A DNA stretch of 64,000 bases from an uncultured Bacteriovoracaceae bacterium (GTDB lineage Bacteria; Bdellovibrionota; Bacteriovoracia; Bacteriovoracales; Bacteriovoracaceae). Shown piece by piece: positions 10,508-19,365 of the stretch (positions are counted from its first letter, which is position 1; each line of letters starts with the position of its first letter). Both the position numbers and the translations under genes were made by a program. The stretch covers positions 48,793 through 112,792 of the forward strand of contig CAXGUD010000010.1 in assembly GCA_964012805.1 (NCBI GenBank), given 5' to 3'. Below the pieces are notes generated by a model. It did not search any database and was not told the origin of the DNA. It saw nothing but the letters and a program-made list of their open reading frames with translations.

Positions 10508-10868
10508 ATCATTAACGATCTGTAATCACAGGAATCCTTTGTTTTTTAAATAAATTTTATTTTTAATAAAAGACTTAAAAACTCTTTCAGGATTAACGCC
10601 ATGAAATTAATGCACTTAATTATAGCTTTCCTTTAAAGATTGTTGACATGATTAGGCAAAACCTGTTATTGAAGTCGAAGCAAAGCATTAATTTAATAGC
10701 ATAAACTAAAAAAATGCTTAACATTTTTGGCTTTTTCAGGCTTTTAACCCTGCAATTGAGAAGTTTTTGGGTTACCTATGCTTACGAGGAAGAGTTTACG
10801 CTTGAAATAGCTGATTTAATTTAAAACTTTATTAATTTATTACGACACTAGAAACAATGAGGGAAAAA

Positions 10869-11270
10869 ATGAGTGAAGTGAGGATTATTAAGAGATACCA
10901 AAACAGAAAGCTTTATGACACACACCAAAGCTGCTATGTGACTCTTGAAGAGATTGCCCAAATTATCCGTGAAGGTCACGAAATTCAGGTAATTGATAAC
11001 AAAACTAAAAATGACATTACCTACATGACTCAAATCCAGCTTTTATTTGATCAAGAAAGAAAGTCAAGTAAACCAGGAAATGTAGACCTTCTAAAAAGAG
11101 TTATTAGATGTACAGAAGGTACTTTTACAGGTTATATTAAAGGCTTAGAAGGCTATGAAGAAGTTGAGGTTTCTGGAGAAGCAGCTGAAGCTGTTACTCA
11201 AGAGTTTCAATCAATGATGGGAAATAGCGAAACGCAAAACTCTTCAGTAGAAACAAGCCCTCTAAACTAA
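10869..11270 (+). CDS. PhaR-like (PHB_acc_N) DNA-binding protein
   Basis: RIIKRYQNRKLYDT..SCYVTLEEIA..IREG.E..VID.KT..DIT motif; start placed at ATG 10869 behind a GAGGGA RBS (ORF track starts at 10857). Confidence 0.85.
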   Translation: MSEVRIIKRYQNRKLYDTHQSCYVTLEEIAQIIREGHEIQVIDNKTKNDITYMTQIQLLFDQERKSSKPGNVDLLKRVIRCTEGTFTGYIKGLEGYEEVEVSGEAAEAVTQEFQSMMGNSETQNSSVETSPLN

Positions 11271-11298
11271 ATATTCAACCACTAACTTGGGACCATGA

Positions 11299-12000
11299 AT
11301 GGTTAAGAGTTATCTTGAAAAAAGATGGTTTAATTTCTATAAAGCTCCAAAGGCACTTTCAATAAGTGTCCTCGGAGCTATTTTATCATTTAATTGCTTT
11401 TCACAAGCAACTATAAAACCAAACATCATTAATTTAACATCTCAAAAGACGTCTAGATCGGTTTCAAAAGACATACCTGAAACAAACTCTAGAGTATCTG
11501 CAAAAGATTTAAAAAGGCACTCTATAGGTGTTGGAATAGGTCAAACATTTTTGAGTAGTGAATTAGGGCAAAATGGTGACGACAGCATAACCCTTGATCT
11601 CTATTATGATTACAGCGCTAGCTACTCTTTTGATCTTATTATTAACCTTCATCATTCCTCTCATCGAATCATAAAAAGGGAGGCAACGATTACAGGCTTG
11701 GCAGTGGGCGTAAAAGGAAGGCTATTCCAGTTTGATGCTTTTTCCCCCTTTCTTCTTGGTGGTCTCGGCTTCTATGCTCCAACTGTAACAAGACTCAAAA
11801 ATAATGTACTTGAAAAAACCCCCTTCTCTATTGCCTTTGGTAGCCATTTTGGAGCAGGAGGGGAATTAAAACTTAATGAGCAATTCAAAATAGCAGGGCT
11901 TATTCATTTTCATAACCCATTTGACATAAAGCAAGATTTGGACAAAGAACTTGAAGGCTCTTATTATAAGCTTCTATTAAACACCCACTACACGTTTTAA
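11299..12000 (+). CDS. Outer-membrane beta-barrel protein (small, OmpA/OmpW-like barrel)
   Basis: Signal peptide; amphipathic strands (SPFLLGGLGFY, FGAGGELKL); C-terminal HYTF. Confidence 0.75.
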   Translation: MVKSYLEKRWFNFYKAPKALSISVLGAILSFNCFSQATIKPNIINLTSQKTSRSVSKDIPETNSRVSAKDLKRHSIGVGIGQTFLSSELGQNGDDSITLDLYYDYSASYSFDLIINLHHSSHRIIKREATITGLAVGVKGRLFQFDAFSPFLLGGLGFYAPTVTRLKNNVLEKTPFSIAFGSHFGAGGELKLNEQFKIAGLIHFHNPFDIKQDLDKELEGSYYKLLLNTHYTF

Positions 12001-12002
12001 AA

Positions 12003-12803
12003 TTGTTTCCAAAATATAAAAGACTTTATTTTTTTACTGGTAAAGGAGGTGTTGGCAAAACATCCTTTGCACTCGCCCTTACGAAATTTTTGCAAAAAGA
12101 GGGAGTAAATGTAGCCTATTTTAACTTTGATCAAACTCAACCTAAAAAGTTAATTTCTCTCCTTAAAGTTCCAACAATAAACCAAACAACAGAAGAAAGT
12201 GCCGCAATCTATATCCAAAACAAGCTTGGCTCTAAAACAATTGCGAACTGGATTCTTAAAACCACTTTTTTTAAGTCTCTTTTAAATATAACCCCTTCCA
12301 TTGGCTACATGATCAGCCTAGGGCACATCATAAACCGCCTAGAGGAGGACCCTTCCCTAACAATTGTCATAGATGCCCCTGCTTCTGGTCACACTTTATC
12401 CCTCTTTAATTCAACCCATAATTTCAGAGAAATGTTCAAAGTCGGCCCACTTGTCGAAGATATTCATAAAATGCATAACTTTCTTGAGAAAAGTGAAAAC
12501 ATAAAAGTCTGCATTCTTTGCCTTCCTAACATAATGAATGTCCAAGAGGCTCTAGAGTTAAAAAAAGGCTTAAGTAGTTTAAAACTCTTTGAAGGAAACC
12601 TTATCCTTAACGAGCTTCTTGCAGGACTCAACCATAATGAACTAGAAGCTTTACCCAACTTTTTAAGGGAAAAAATAAGTATTGAGCAAAACTTAAAAAA
12701 GCAATATGAAAAAGATTTTACTGAAGTTGTGCCTTTTCTAAGCAGTACTGATTATGCTGATATTGTCACTTCATTAATAAACATGATGAGGACTATAGCT
12801 TGA
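12003..12803 (+). CDS. ArsA/Get3-family ATPase, subunit 1
   Basis: Deviant Walker A TGKGGVGKTS; switch II VIDAPASGHTL; TTG start. Confidence 0.85.
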   Translation: MFPKYKRLYFFTGKGGVGKTSFALALTKFLQKEGVNVAYFNFDQTQPKKLISLLKVPTINQTTEESAAIYIQNKLGSKTIANWILKTTFFKSLLNITPSIGYMISLGHIINRLEEDPSLTIVIDAPASGHTLSLFNSTHNFREMFKVGPLVEDIHKMHNFLEKSENIKVCILCLPNIMNVQEALELKKGLSSLKLFEGNLILNELLAGLNHNELEALPNFLREKISIEQNLKKQYEKDFTEVVPFLSSTDYADIVTSLINMMRTIA

Positions 12804-13891
12804 TTAAACAAACCATTTTAATAAAACAGCTAGAAATTTTCTGTGGAACAGGTGGAGTTGGAAAAACGACCCTAGCGACATCAAGAGCACTTTTCCTTGG
12901 ATCAAAAGGTAAAAAGGTGCTTCTTATCACTATCGACCCTGCAAAAAGATTAAAACAAATCCTAAATATTAAAGACCAAAATGCGGGAAAAGTTGAAAAT
13001 ATTTCTTCAAACTTGTTTACAGGTTTTGAGGAAAATAATTTTTCTATTTCTGCCCTCCTCATGTCACCAAAGGAAACACTGCGCAAAATCCTAAAAGCAG
13101 ATACTATTGATAATAACGTATTAAACATACTAACTAGACCCCACGGTGGAATGAATGAAATCCTCTCACTTATAGAGGTTCAGTTTCATATTGAAAGTGG
13201 AAAATACGATACGATTATTCTAGATACGCCACCAGGAAAACACTTTATAGACTTCCTCCAATCATCCAGAAAAATTTCAGATTTTTTTGACAGTAGTTTT
13301 GTTGAGATCTTTAAATTTTTAGGAAAGCCAATTATATATCCAAAAGGGCCTGCTCAGAAGCCTACAAAGAAGCTGTTAGGCAAGCTTATTTCAACTGGAA
13401 TCAAAAAACTCTTAAAATATCTTGATCAAGTAACTGGTGAAAAATTTGTCCAAGACTTTATTGAAGCAGTTTCAATTCTCTACCAAAACAAAGCACCCTT
13501 TCTGGAGGCTTTAGAGCTCGAAAAACAGCTTCGCACTTTTGAGTTTTGTAACTGGTTTCTTGTGACCTCCGTTGAACAATCGAAATTACAAGAAGCTGCA
13601 GAGTTTCAATCTCACACTGAGACATTTCACAAATCCAATTTCTTCTTCCTAATTAATAAATCTCTTGAAAATCATATCAAAGAATGGGATATCCCTTCTA
13701 AAGGCTCATCTCTTGGAAAAGAATCTAGAGAGAAGCTTGCTTCTTTAAAAGAATCTATGATTTCTAAAGAGGAGAAAACGATCAAGTTTGCTAAGACCCA
13801 ATTTAGCCAGTTTATTATCTTCCCAGAAATTATTGATGCAAACCCTGTAAAGCATGTTGGGGATCTCTCTAAAACTTGGAAAAATAATTAA
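12800..13891 (+). CDS. ArsA/Get3-family ATPase, subunit 2
   Basis: CGTGGVGKTT, switch I TIDPAKRL, switch II ILDTPPG; 4-bp overlap with the upstream ATPase. Confidence 0.85.
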   Translation: MIKQTILIKQLEIFCGTGGVGKTTLATSRALFLGSKGKKVLLITIDPAKRLKQILNIKDQNAGKVENISSNLFTGFEENNFSISALLMSPKETLRKILKADTIDNNVLNILTRPHGGMNEILSLIEVQFHIESGKYDTIILDTPPGKHFIDFLQSSRKISDFFDSSFVEIFKFLGKPIIYPKGPAQKPTKKLLGKLISTGIKKLLKYLDQVTGEKFVQDFIEAVSILYQNKAPFLEALELEKQLRTFEFCNWFLVTSVEQSKLQEAAEFQSHTETFHKSNFFFLINKSLENHIKEWDIPSKGSSLGKESREKLASLKESMISKEEKTIKFAKTQFSQFIIFPEIIDANPVKHVGDLSKTWKNN

Positions 13892-13923
13892 ACCCCTCCT
13901 AAACCAAAAAATTGGAGAAAAAC

Positions 13924-15297
13924 ATGAAAGGCGCCAAATTAAACATTCTTGATGCGATAGGCAACACTCCTATTGTAAAACTCAATAAAGTCGCAACTGG
14001 AGTTCAATCTGAAATCTATGTAAAGTTAGATTTTCTCAACCCTGGCGGATCCATTAAAGATAGAATTGGTGCATACATTCTTGAAAAGGCAGTCAAAAAT
14101 GGAGACCTAAAACCAGGTGGGACTGTCATTGAGGGAACCTCTGGTAATACTGGCGTTGGACTAGCTATGTATGCAGCAGTTCATGGCTACAAATGTGTTT
14201 TTGTTCTGGCAGATAAACAATCAAAAGAAAAGATTGATAATTTAAGGGCCTTCGGAGCAAAGGTTATAGTTTGCCCAACCAACGTGGAACCCGAAGACCC
14301 TAGATCATACTATAGCGTTTCAAAAAGGTTATCAGAAACAATTCCAAACTCTTATTACGTCAACCAGTACGAAAACCTATGGAACCGAGAAACACATTTT
14401 AAGACAACAGGCCCAGAAATTTACAACCAGACAGAAGGAGACTTTGATGTCTTCATGGCCGGCGTTGGTACAGGGGGTACAATTTCTGGAATTGGTGCTT
14501 ATTTAAAAACAGTCATGCCAGAGGTAAAAATCATCGGTGTCGATTGTGAAGGTTCAATCGTTGCTCACTACGCTAAAACGGGTGAGATGTGCGAAGCTAA
14601 ACCATACGTCTTAGAAGGCCTTGGAGAAGATTTCATACCAGGCAATTACAATTTTGATGTCATTGATGATTGGGAAGTCATTGGTGATAAGGAGAGCTTT
14701 TTAATGACGAGAGACCTCTTAACACATGAGGGTATCTACGCTGGAGGAAGCTCTGGAGGAGCCGTAAGAGCTGCTATAAAGTATGCTGAAAAACTCGCAG
14801 AACCAAAAAAAATTCTAGTGCTTCTTCCCGATTCTGGTAACAGATATGCATCCAAAATTTTTAATGACGATTGGATGAGTGACAATGGCTATAAAGACTC
14901 TTCTTTTAATGTAACAATTCAAGAAGTCCTAACAACTTTGAAAAAAGAGACGACACCTCTAATATCAATCAATGATACCTCGACTATTGGTGAAGCCATT
15001 AAGGTTATGGATGAAAATGGTATTTCTCAACTCCCAGTATATGGCTCTGGCCATCTCGAAGGTATCGTTTCCGAAAGAAACTTATTGAAGCCTGTCTTTG
15101 ATGGGGAGTTCAAGCTCAGCGACTCAATATCCTTAGCTTTTAAGTCTGACTTTAAAATCATAGACATAGGAGAACTTCTCTCCAACGTTGCTGATTCCTT
15201 ACTCCAAGAGGAAACCGTTCTTGTAACAAAAAATGACAAAGTTGTAACAGTCCTTACTAATATTGACATCCTAAGGTTTATTTCAGGTAAAAATTAA
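13924..15297 (+). CDS. cbs: Cystathionine beta-synthase with C-terminal CBS-domain pair
   Basis: PLP lysine motif NPGGSIKDR, TSGNTG, GVGTGGT, PDSGNRY, followed by two CBS domains (ISQLPV); ATG 13924 behind GGAG (ORF track starts at TTG 13912). Confidence 0.88.
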   Translation: MKGAKLNILDAIGNTPIVKLNKVATGVQSEIYVKLDFLNPGGSIKDRIGAYILEKAVKNGDLKPGGTVIEGTSGNTGVGLAMYAAVHGYKCVFVLADKQSKEKIDNLRAFGAKVIVCPTNVEPEDPRSYYSVSKRLSETIPNSYYVNQYENLWNRETHFKTTGPEIYNQTEGDFDVFMAGVGTGGTISGIGAYLKTVMPEVKIIGVDCEGSIVAHYAKTGEMCEAKPYVLEGLGEDFIPGNYNFDVIDDWEVIGDKESFLMTRDLLTHEGIYAGGSSGGAVRAAIKYAEKLAEPKKILVLLPDSGNRYASKIFNDDWMSDNGYKDSSFNVTIQEVLTTLKKETTPLISINDTSTIGEAIKVMDENGISQLPVYGSGHLEGIVSERNLLKPVFDGEFKLSDSISLAFKSDFKIIDIGELLSNVADSLLQEETVLVTKNDKVVTVLTNIDILRFISGKN

Positions 15298-15314
15298 TTC
15301 TAAAGAAGGCATCT

Positions 15315-16475
15315 ATGAAAAAGAAAAACTTAAGCAATTTGGAAATAGCAACAAAGTTAATTCATGTTGGAAATGAACCAGATAAGGAAACTGGAGCAGT
15401 TATTCCTCCTATTTTCCAAACTTCCACTTATGTACAAAGTTCTCCTGGAAAACATAATGGGTACGAATATACAAGATCCCATAATCCTACAAGAACAAGG
15501 CTGGAAGAGTGCTTAGCTGCATCCGAGAAAGCAAAGTATGCCATCACTACTTCATCAGGGATGGCCGCTATAACACTCATGATGCATGCACTGCCAAAAG
15601 GCTCTAATATCATCTGTGGTGATGATGTCTATGGAGGAACTTTTCGTCTTTTCACAACTGTTTTTCAAAATGACCATAATTTCATATTTCTTGACACCAC
15701 AAACATTGAAGAAATAAAAAAGACTTTATTAGAAAAAAAGATTTCTTTGATTTGGCTTGAAACTCCAACAAACCCTTTACTAAAAATTTCAGATATAAAG
15801 AAAATAACTTCCCTTGCTAAGGCCCATAAAACAAAAGTCATTGTTGATAATACTTTTATGAGTCCCTACTTTCAAAACCCATTGGATCTTGGCGCTGATA
15901 TAGTTATGCATTCAATGACAAAATATTTAAATGGACACAGCGATGTTGTTGGTGGTGTCCTCATGCTAAACAATAAGGCTCTTTATAATAAAATTTGGAC
16001 CCTTCAAAACTCAATAGGCCCTTCAGCATCACCTTTTGACTCATGGTTAGTATTAAGAGGGTTAAAAACTCTTGCAGTAAGAATGGAAGCCCACCAAAAA
16101 AATGCAATGAAAATAGCCAAGTGGCTGGAAGGACATAAAAAGATTGAGAAGGTTATTTATCCAGGATTAAAATCTCACCCACAGCACAAAATTGCGAAAA
16201 AACAAATGAGTGGTTATGGAGGGATGATTACATTTTTCACAAAAGGTGGCTTAAAAGAAGCAAGAAAAGTTCTAGAAAAAGTAACCCTTTTCGCCCTTGC
16301 AGAAAGTCTTGGGGGAGTTGAGAGTTTAATAGAACACCCTGCCATTATGACCCATGCATCTATTCCAAAAGAAATTAGAGAAAAATCTGGGATACATGAC
16401 AATCTTATTAGAATTTCAGCAGGTATTGAAGATGTAGATGACCTCATCAATGATCTGGAAAATGCTTTAAAATAG
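15315..16475 (+). CDS. Cystathionine gamma-lyase/synthase (Cys/Met metabolism PLP enzyme)
   Basis: YEYTRSHNPT, DDVYGGT, ETPTNP, VDNTF, HSMTKYLNGHSD, AESLGGVESL; adjacent to CBS, which favours gamma-lyase. Confidence 0.9.
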   Translation: MKKKNLSNLEIATKLIHVGNEPDKETGAVIPPIFQTSTYVQSSPGKHNGYEYTRSHNPTRTRLEECLAASEKAKYAITTSSGMAAITLMMHALPKGSNIICGDDVYGGTFRLFTTVFQNDHNFIFLDTTNIEEIKKTLLEKKISLIWLETPTNPLLKISDIKKITSLAKAHKTKVIVDNTFMSPYFQNPLDLGADIVMHSMTKYLNGHSDVVGGVLMLNNKALYNKIWTLQNSIGPSASPFDSWLVLRGLKTLAVRMEAHQKNAMKIAKWLEGHKKIEKVIYPGLKSHPQHKIAKKQMSGYGGMITFFTKGGLKEARKVLEKVTLFALAESLGGVESLIEHPAIMTHASIPKEIREKSGIHDNLIRISAGIEDVDDLINDLENALK

Positions 16476-16485
16476 AGTCAGTTAG

Positions 16486-17262
16486 TTAAAAAACTCCAGG
16501 GTCTTCTGTTTCCTTAGCCTCATTTTGATTGTCAGAAGTGCCATCAAGAGGCTTTTCTTCAATAACTTCTTTGATAACTTTTAATTTTGAAGACCCCATG
16601 CCCTTTGAGGTCTTTTTATCTGCCTTCTCTTCTGGTTTTTCTTCTAGCCCTTTATCAGGCCCATCATTAATTTTCTCTTTTTCTTTTTCTTTTTCTTTTT
16701 CTTTTAGAGCCAAATAAGTCTTTATTTTTGTAAGGTTTCCGAAATAACGAGATGTCTTTTTTTCATCTGTAAAACTGAAAATTTTCTCTTCATCAAAATA
16801 AAAATTAACTAAAAGAAAAGTGCAGTAAACTTTACCATGATAGGACAGGAGATTTTCTTTTTCTCCTTGAGCGAAAATGAGTCCATAATCAGAAATTGCA
16901 TTTTTTAAATCTTTCAAAGAATTACAAAAACTATCCTTATTCTCAGTAGAAAAATCACAATTCTTTCTCAACTTTTTGTGTACTTTGACTGCTCCAGTAC
17001 CTTCTTTTATGTGTATCGGGTATCTGCAAACATCAAATTCCCATTTCGAGCGAACTAACCTTAATTTTTCTTTTTCTACAATAATGACACAATTTTTCTT
17101 TTTTATTTTGAGTTTATTTAAAAGAAAGCCCAAAGGGGGCCCTTTGTGAGATACCTGAATATTGAATTGACTTTTTAAGCAATCTCTTCCTTCGAATAAC
17201 CCAAATGAAATTGATTGGTTAAAAAGAAAGTAAACAAATAAGCTAAACTTGCATAATCGCAT
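16486..17262 (-). CDS. Hypothetical exported protein with Cys pairs and a charged low-complexity tail
   Basis: Likely start MRLCK at 17262 behind TGGAGG (ORF track extends to 17298); signal peptide; about 6 Cys in the mature part; (KE)n tract encoded by a TTCTTT repeat near 16670-16705. Confidence 0.6.
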   Translation of the reverse strand: MRLCKFSLFVYFLFNQSISFGLFEGRDCLKSQFNIQVSHKGPPLGFLLNKLKIKKKNCVIIVEKEKLRLVRSKWEFDVCRYPIHIKEGTGAVKVHKKLRKNCDFSTENKDSFCNSLKDLKNAISDYGLIFAQGEKENLLSYHGKVYCTFLLVNFYFDEEKIFSFTDEKKTSRYFGNLTKIKTYLALKEKEKEKEKEKINDGPDKGLEEKPEEKADKKTSKGMGSSKLKVIKEVIEEKPLDGTSDNQNEAKETEDPGVF

Positions 17263-18400
17263 TAGGATCAACCTCCAAACATAGAATTGAAGAATCACAT
17301 TTTAAAAAGTCACTACTCAAGTTATTTTTCTTAACTTGAAAAAAAAGTTCACTTAATATCTCATTATTATCTTTTCCTTCAAGATTCTCTATATACGATA
17401 AGAGTTTATTTTTTTCAAAAACATCTTCAGAACACTTAAGATATCCAGGTGAGATAATAAGTATTTTTTCTCCCCTTTTTAATTGTAAAGAAATTTCACT
17501 ATTTTTTAAATTATCACAAGAAGGCCTATTATTATTCCCTACAATATGACCATTAATATTAGATTTTAAAACGACTTGACCAAAATTAATTCCCCAAAGC
17601 TTATATGTTACAAGATCTACAACCAAAACGGTTATTTCGGCTCTTAAATCTGGCGTTACTAATAAGCCATTCAGTTCATTTTCAATAGACCCAAAAAGCT
17701 TTGTTAAACTATCTCGGTTTACAACACCTAATTTTTTTACACTTTCATAAAAGCCCAAAAAGAATGTTGAAAGAGAATAAGAATTAACAGAGCTTAAGAA
17801 AATTGTTAATTGATTTTCCCCCTTATTTAAATCGAAAAATTCACCACCACTATCAAGACCTGCTATATACTTACTTGAAATAGTAATGCCTTTAATTTTT
17901 TCTTTTCTTATAGGAATAATTTTTTTTGAGATTTTTTGAACGCTTTTTAGACTGTCATTTAAGCCTTTTTCAAGTGATAAAAACCTTTCTCCTAAATTTG
18001 CTGATTGAGTTTCAATTAACTCAATAACTCTCCTTAAAAGAGGTACAAACAATTCCATTTTAGAAGAAAAATCTATAGTGCCTATATTAAGGGCCGAAGA
18101 CTTACTGGATTCCAACAAGGTAGGCATGCCTTGTAGATCAGGATCTTGCCCACTATACATTACAACAAAAGGTTTTCTCCATTTCAAGTTGAGGGTATTA
18201 AAGTAGTCAAAGCTTTCAATACATATAAAACAAAATGAAACCTCATCTAACGCATCTTGTTTTTGCCTAAATTCGTCTATGTGTAAAAAATCACAAAAAT
18301 CTTCAAAAAAACTTCCTTCAATATACTCATCTATTTGCTCTAAAAACTTCTTAAATTTTAATAAGTATCGATCTGATTCAATAATTAAGACTTTTTTCAT
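17243..18400 (-). CDS. Degenerate REC-like domain plus SpoIIE/PP2C-fold protein, probable pseudophosphatase
   Basis: N-terminal MKKVLIIESD receiver-like start; SGGEFFD, LKRGEKILIISPG and CDSSILCLEV align to RsbU motifs GGDFYD, L.PGD.L..YTDG and DD.T but with the Asp residues lost. Confidence 0.65.
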   Translation of the reverse strand: MKKVLIIESDRYLLKFKKFLEQIDEYIEGSFFEDFCDFLHIDEFRQKQDALDEVSFCFICIESFDYFNTLNLKWRKPFVVMYSGQDPDLQGMPTLLESSKSSALNIGTIDFSSKMELFVPLLRRVIELIETQSANLGERFLSLEKGLNDSLKSVQKISKKIIPIRKEKIKGITISSKYIAGLDSGGEFFDLNKGENQLTIFLSSVNSYSLSTFFLGFYESVKKLGVVNRDSLTKLFGSIENELNGLLVTPDLRAEITVLVVDLVTYKLWGINFGQVVLKSNINGHIVGNNNRPSCDNLKNSEISLQLKRGEKILIISPGYLKCSEDVFEKNKLLSYIENLEGKDNNEILSELFFQVKKNNLSSDFLKCDSSILCLEVDPNAIMQV

Positions 18401-18558
18401 AAAAGCACCATTACCAAAGTAAATTAATCAAAATAAATTATATGTAAAACACCTAATTAAAATATAATTGAATATAAACGAACAGACTACATTTCAATAA
18501 AATAGATTTCTTCATTATTTTTTTTACGAGACCAATGATTTTTATCAATATTTCAACT

Positions 18559-18586
18559 TAAACTTTTATCTCAGATAAACCGATAA
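18559..18586 (+). promoter_or_regulatory. Putative sigma-28 promoter containing a 7-1-7 palindrome, upstream of the HD-GYP gene
   Basis: TAAA-N16-ACCGATAA; TTTATCT-C-AGATAAA at 18565-18579. Confidence 0.5.
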
Positions 18587-18622
18587 ATGTAATAAGGATA
18601 AAAAAATTAAGGCTAAAAAAAA

Positions 18623-19363
18623 ATGGCAAAAAATGAAAAAGATGGAAATGATAAAGTAGTATCAATTCCTGAGCTTCTTACAAACGTAACTTTACTAAAT
18701 TTAGTAGGAAAAGTTGACGAACTTGAAAAAAAGGAAAAAGAAATTTTTGAAATGGCAGCAAGGTCTATTCTTATAGCTTTGGATATGAAAGATTCCTACA
18801 CATTTGGACATAGTACAAGAGTGGCTTTTTATTCAAAGGAACTTGGAAGAGAAATAGGGTTAACCAATGATGAGCTTTACAAACTTGAATTAGCAGCCCT
18901 TTTCCATGATATTGGAAAAATAGGTATCCCAGATAAAATTTTGTTAAAACCTACTAGATTAGATGAAAATGAATTCTCTGTAATGAAATCACATCCACAA
19001 AGATCTGAAGAAATATTGAGAAGCTTTAAACCTTTTGATGATATTGCAAAATATGCTAGACACCATCATGAAAGGTATGATGGTAAAGGCTATCCAGATG
19101 GACTAAAAGGTGAAGATATTCCTTATTTTTCAAGAATTATACTCATAGCAGATACTTTTGATGCTATGACATCAGATAGACCATATCGAAAGGGCCTCTC
19201 TTATAAAATTGCGTTTTCAGAATTGGAAGAATTCTCAGGCAGTCAATTTGACCCCAAGCTTTCAGAAGCCTACATAAAGGCCATGAAAAAAGATCAAGAA
19301 AAAAATGAAAACCTTTTTAAACTGACACTCTTTAAAAATGGATTCCAAAAGAAAGCAGCTTAA
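18623..19363 (+). CDS. HD-GYP domain cyclic-dinucleotide phosphodiesterase
   Basis: YTFGHSTRVA, HDIGK, HHHERYDGKGYPDGL, ADTFDAMTSDRPYRK, GSQFDP; all motifs intact. Confidence 0.93.
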   Translation: MAKNEKDGNDKVVSIPELLTNVTLLNLVGKVDELEKKEKEIFEMAARSILIALDMKDSYTFGHSTRVAFYSKELGREIGLTNDELYKLELAALFHDIGKIGIPDKILLKPTRLDENEFSVMKSHPQRSEEILRSFKPFDDIAKYARHHHERYDGKGYPDGLKGEDIPYFSRIILIADTFDAMTSDRPYRKGLSYKIAFSELEEFSGSQFDPKLSEAYIKAMKKDQEKNENLFKLTLFKNGFQKKAA

Positions 19364-19365
19364 TT

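Noticed and set aside
10655..10780. Fragments resembling a c-di-GMP-I (GEMM) riboswitch upstream of the PhaR-like gene (GGCAAA...GCAAAGC...GGGTTACC)
   Set aside because: No P2 hairpin with a GNRA loop, wrong spacing to the GGGTTACC, and the 5' part lies in the spacer of a probable sigma-70 promoter (TTGACA near 10644). An Infernal search with the Rfam c-di-GMP-I model would settle it.
12003..13891. Arsenic-resistance operon (arsA)
   Set aside because: No arsB/acr3/arsC/arsR/arsD nearby, and the motif pattern matches the tandem Get3-like pair instead
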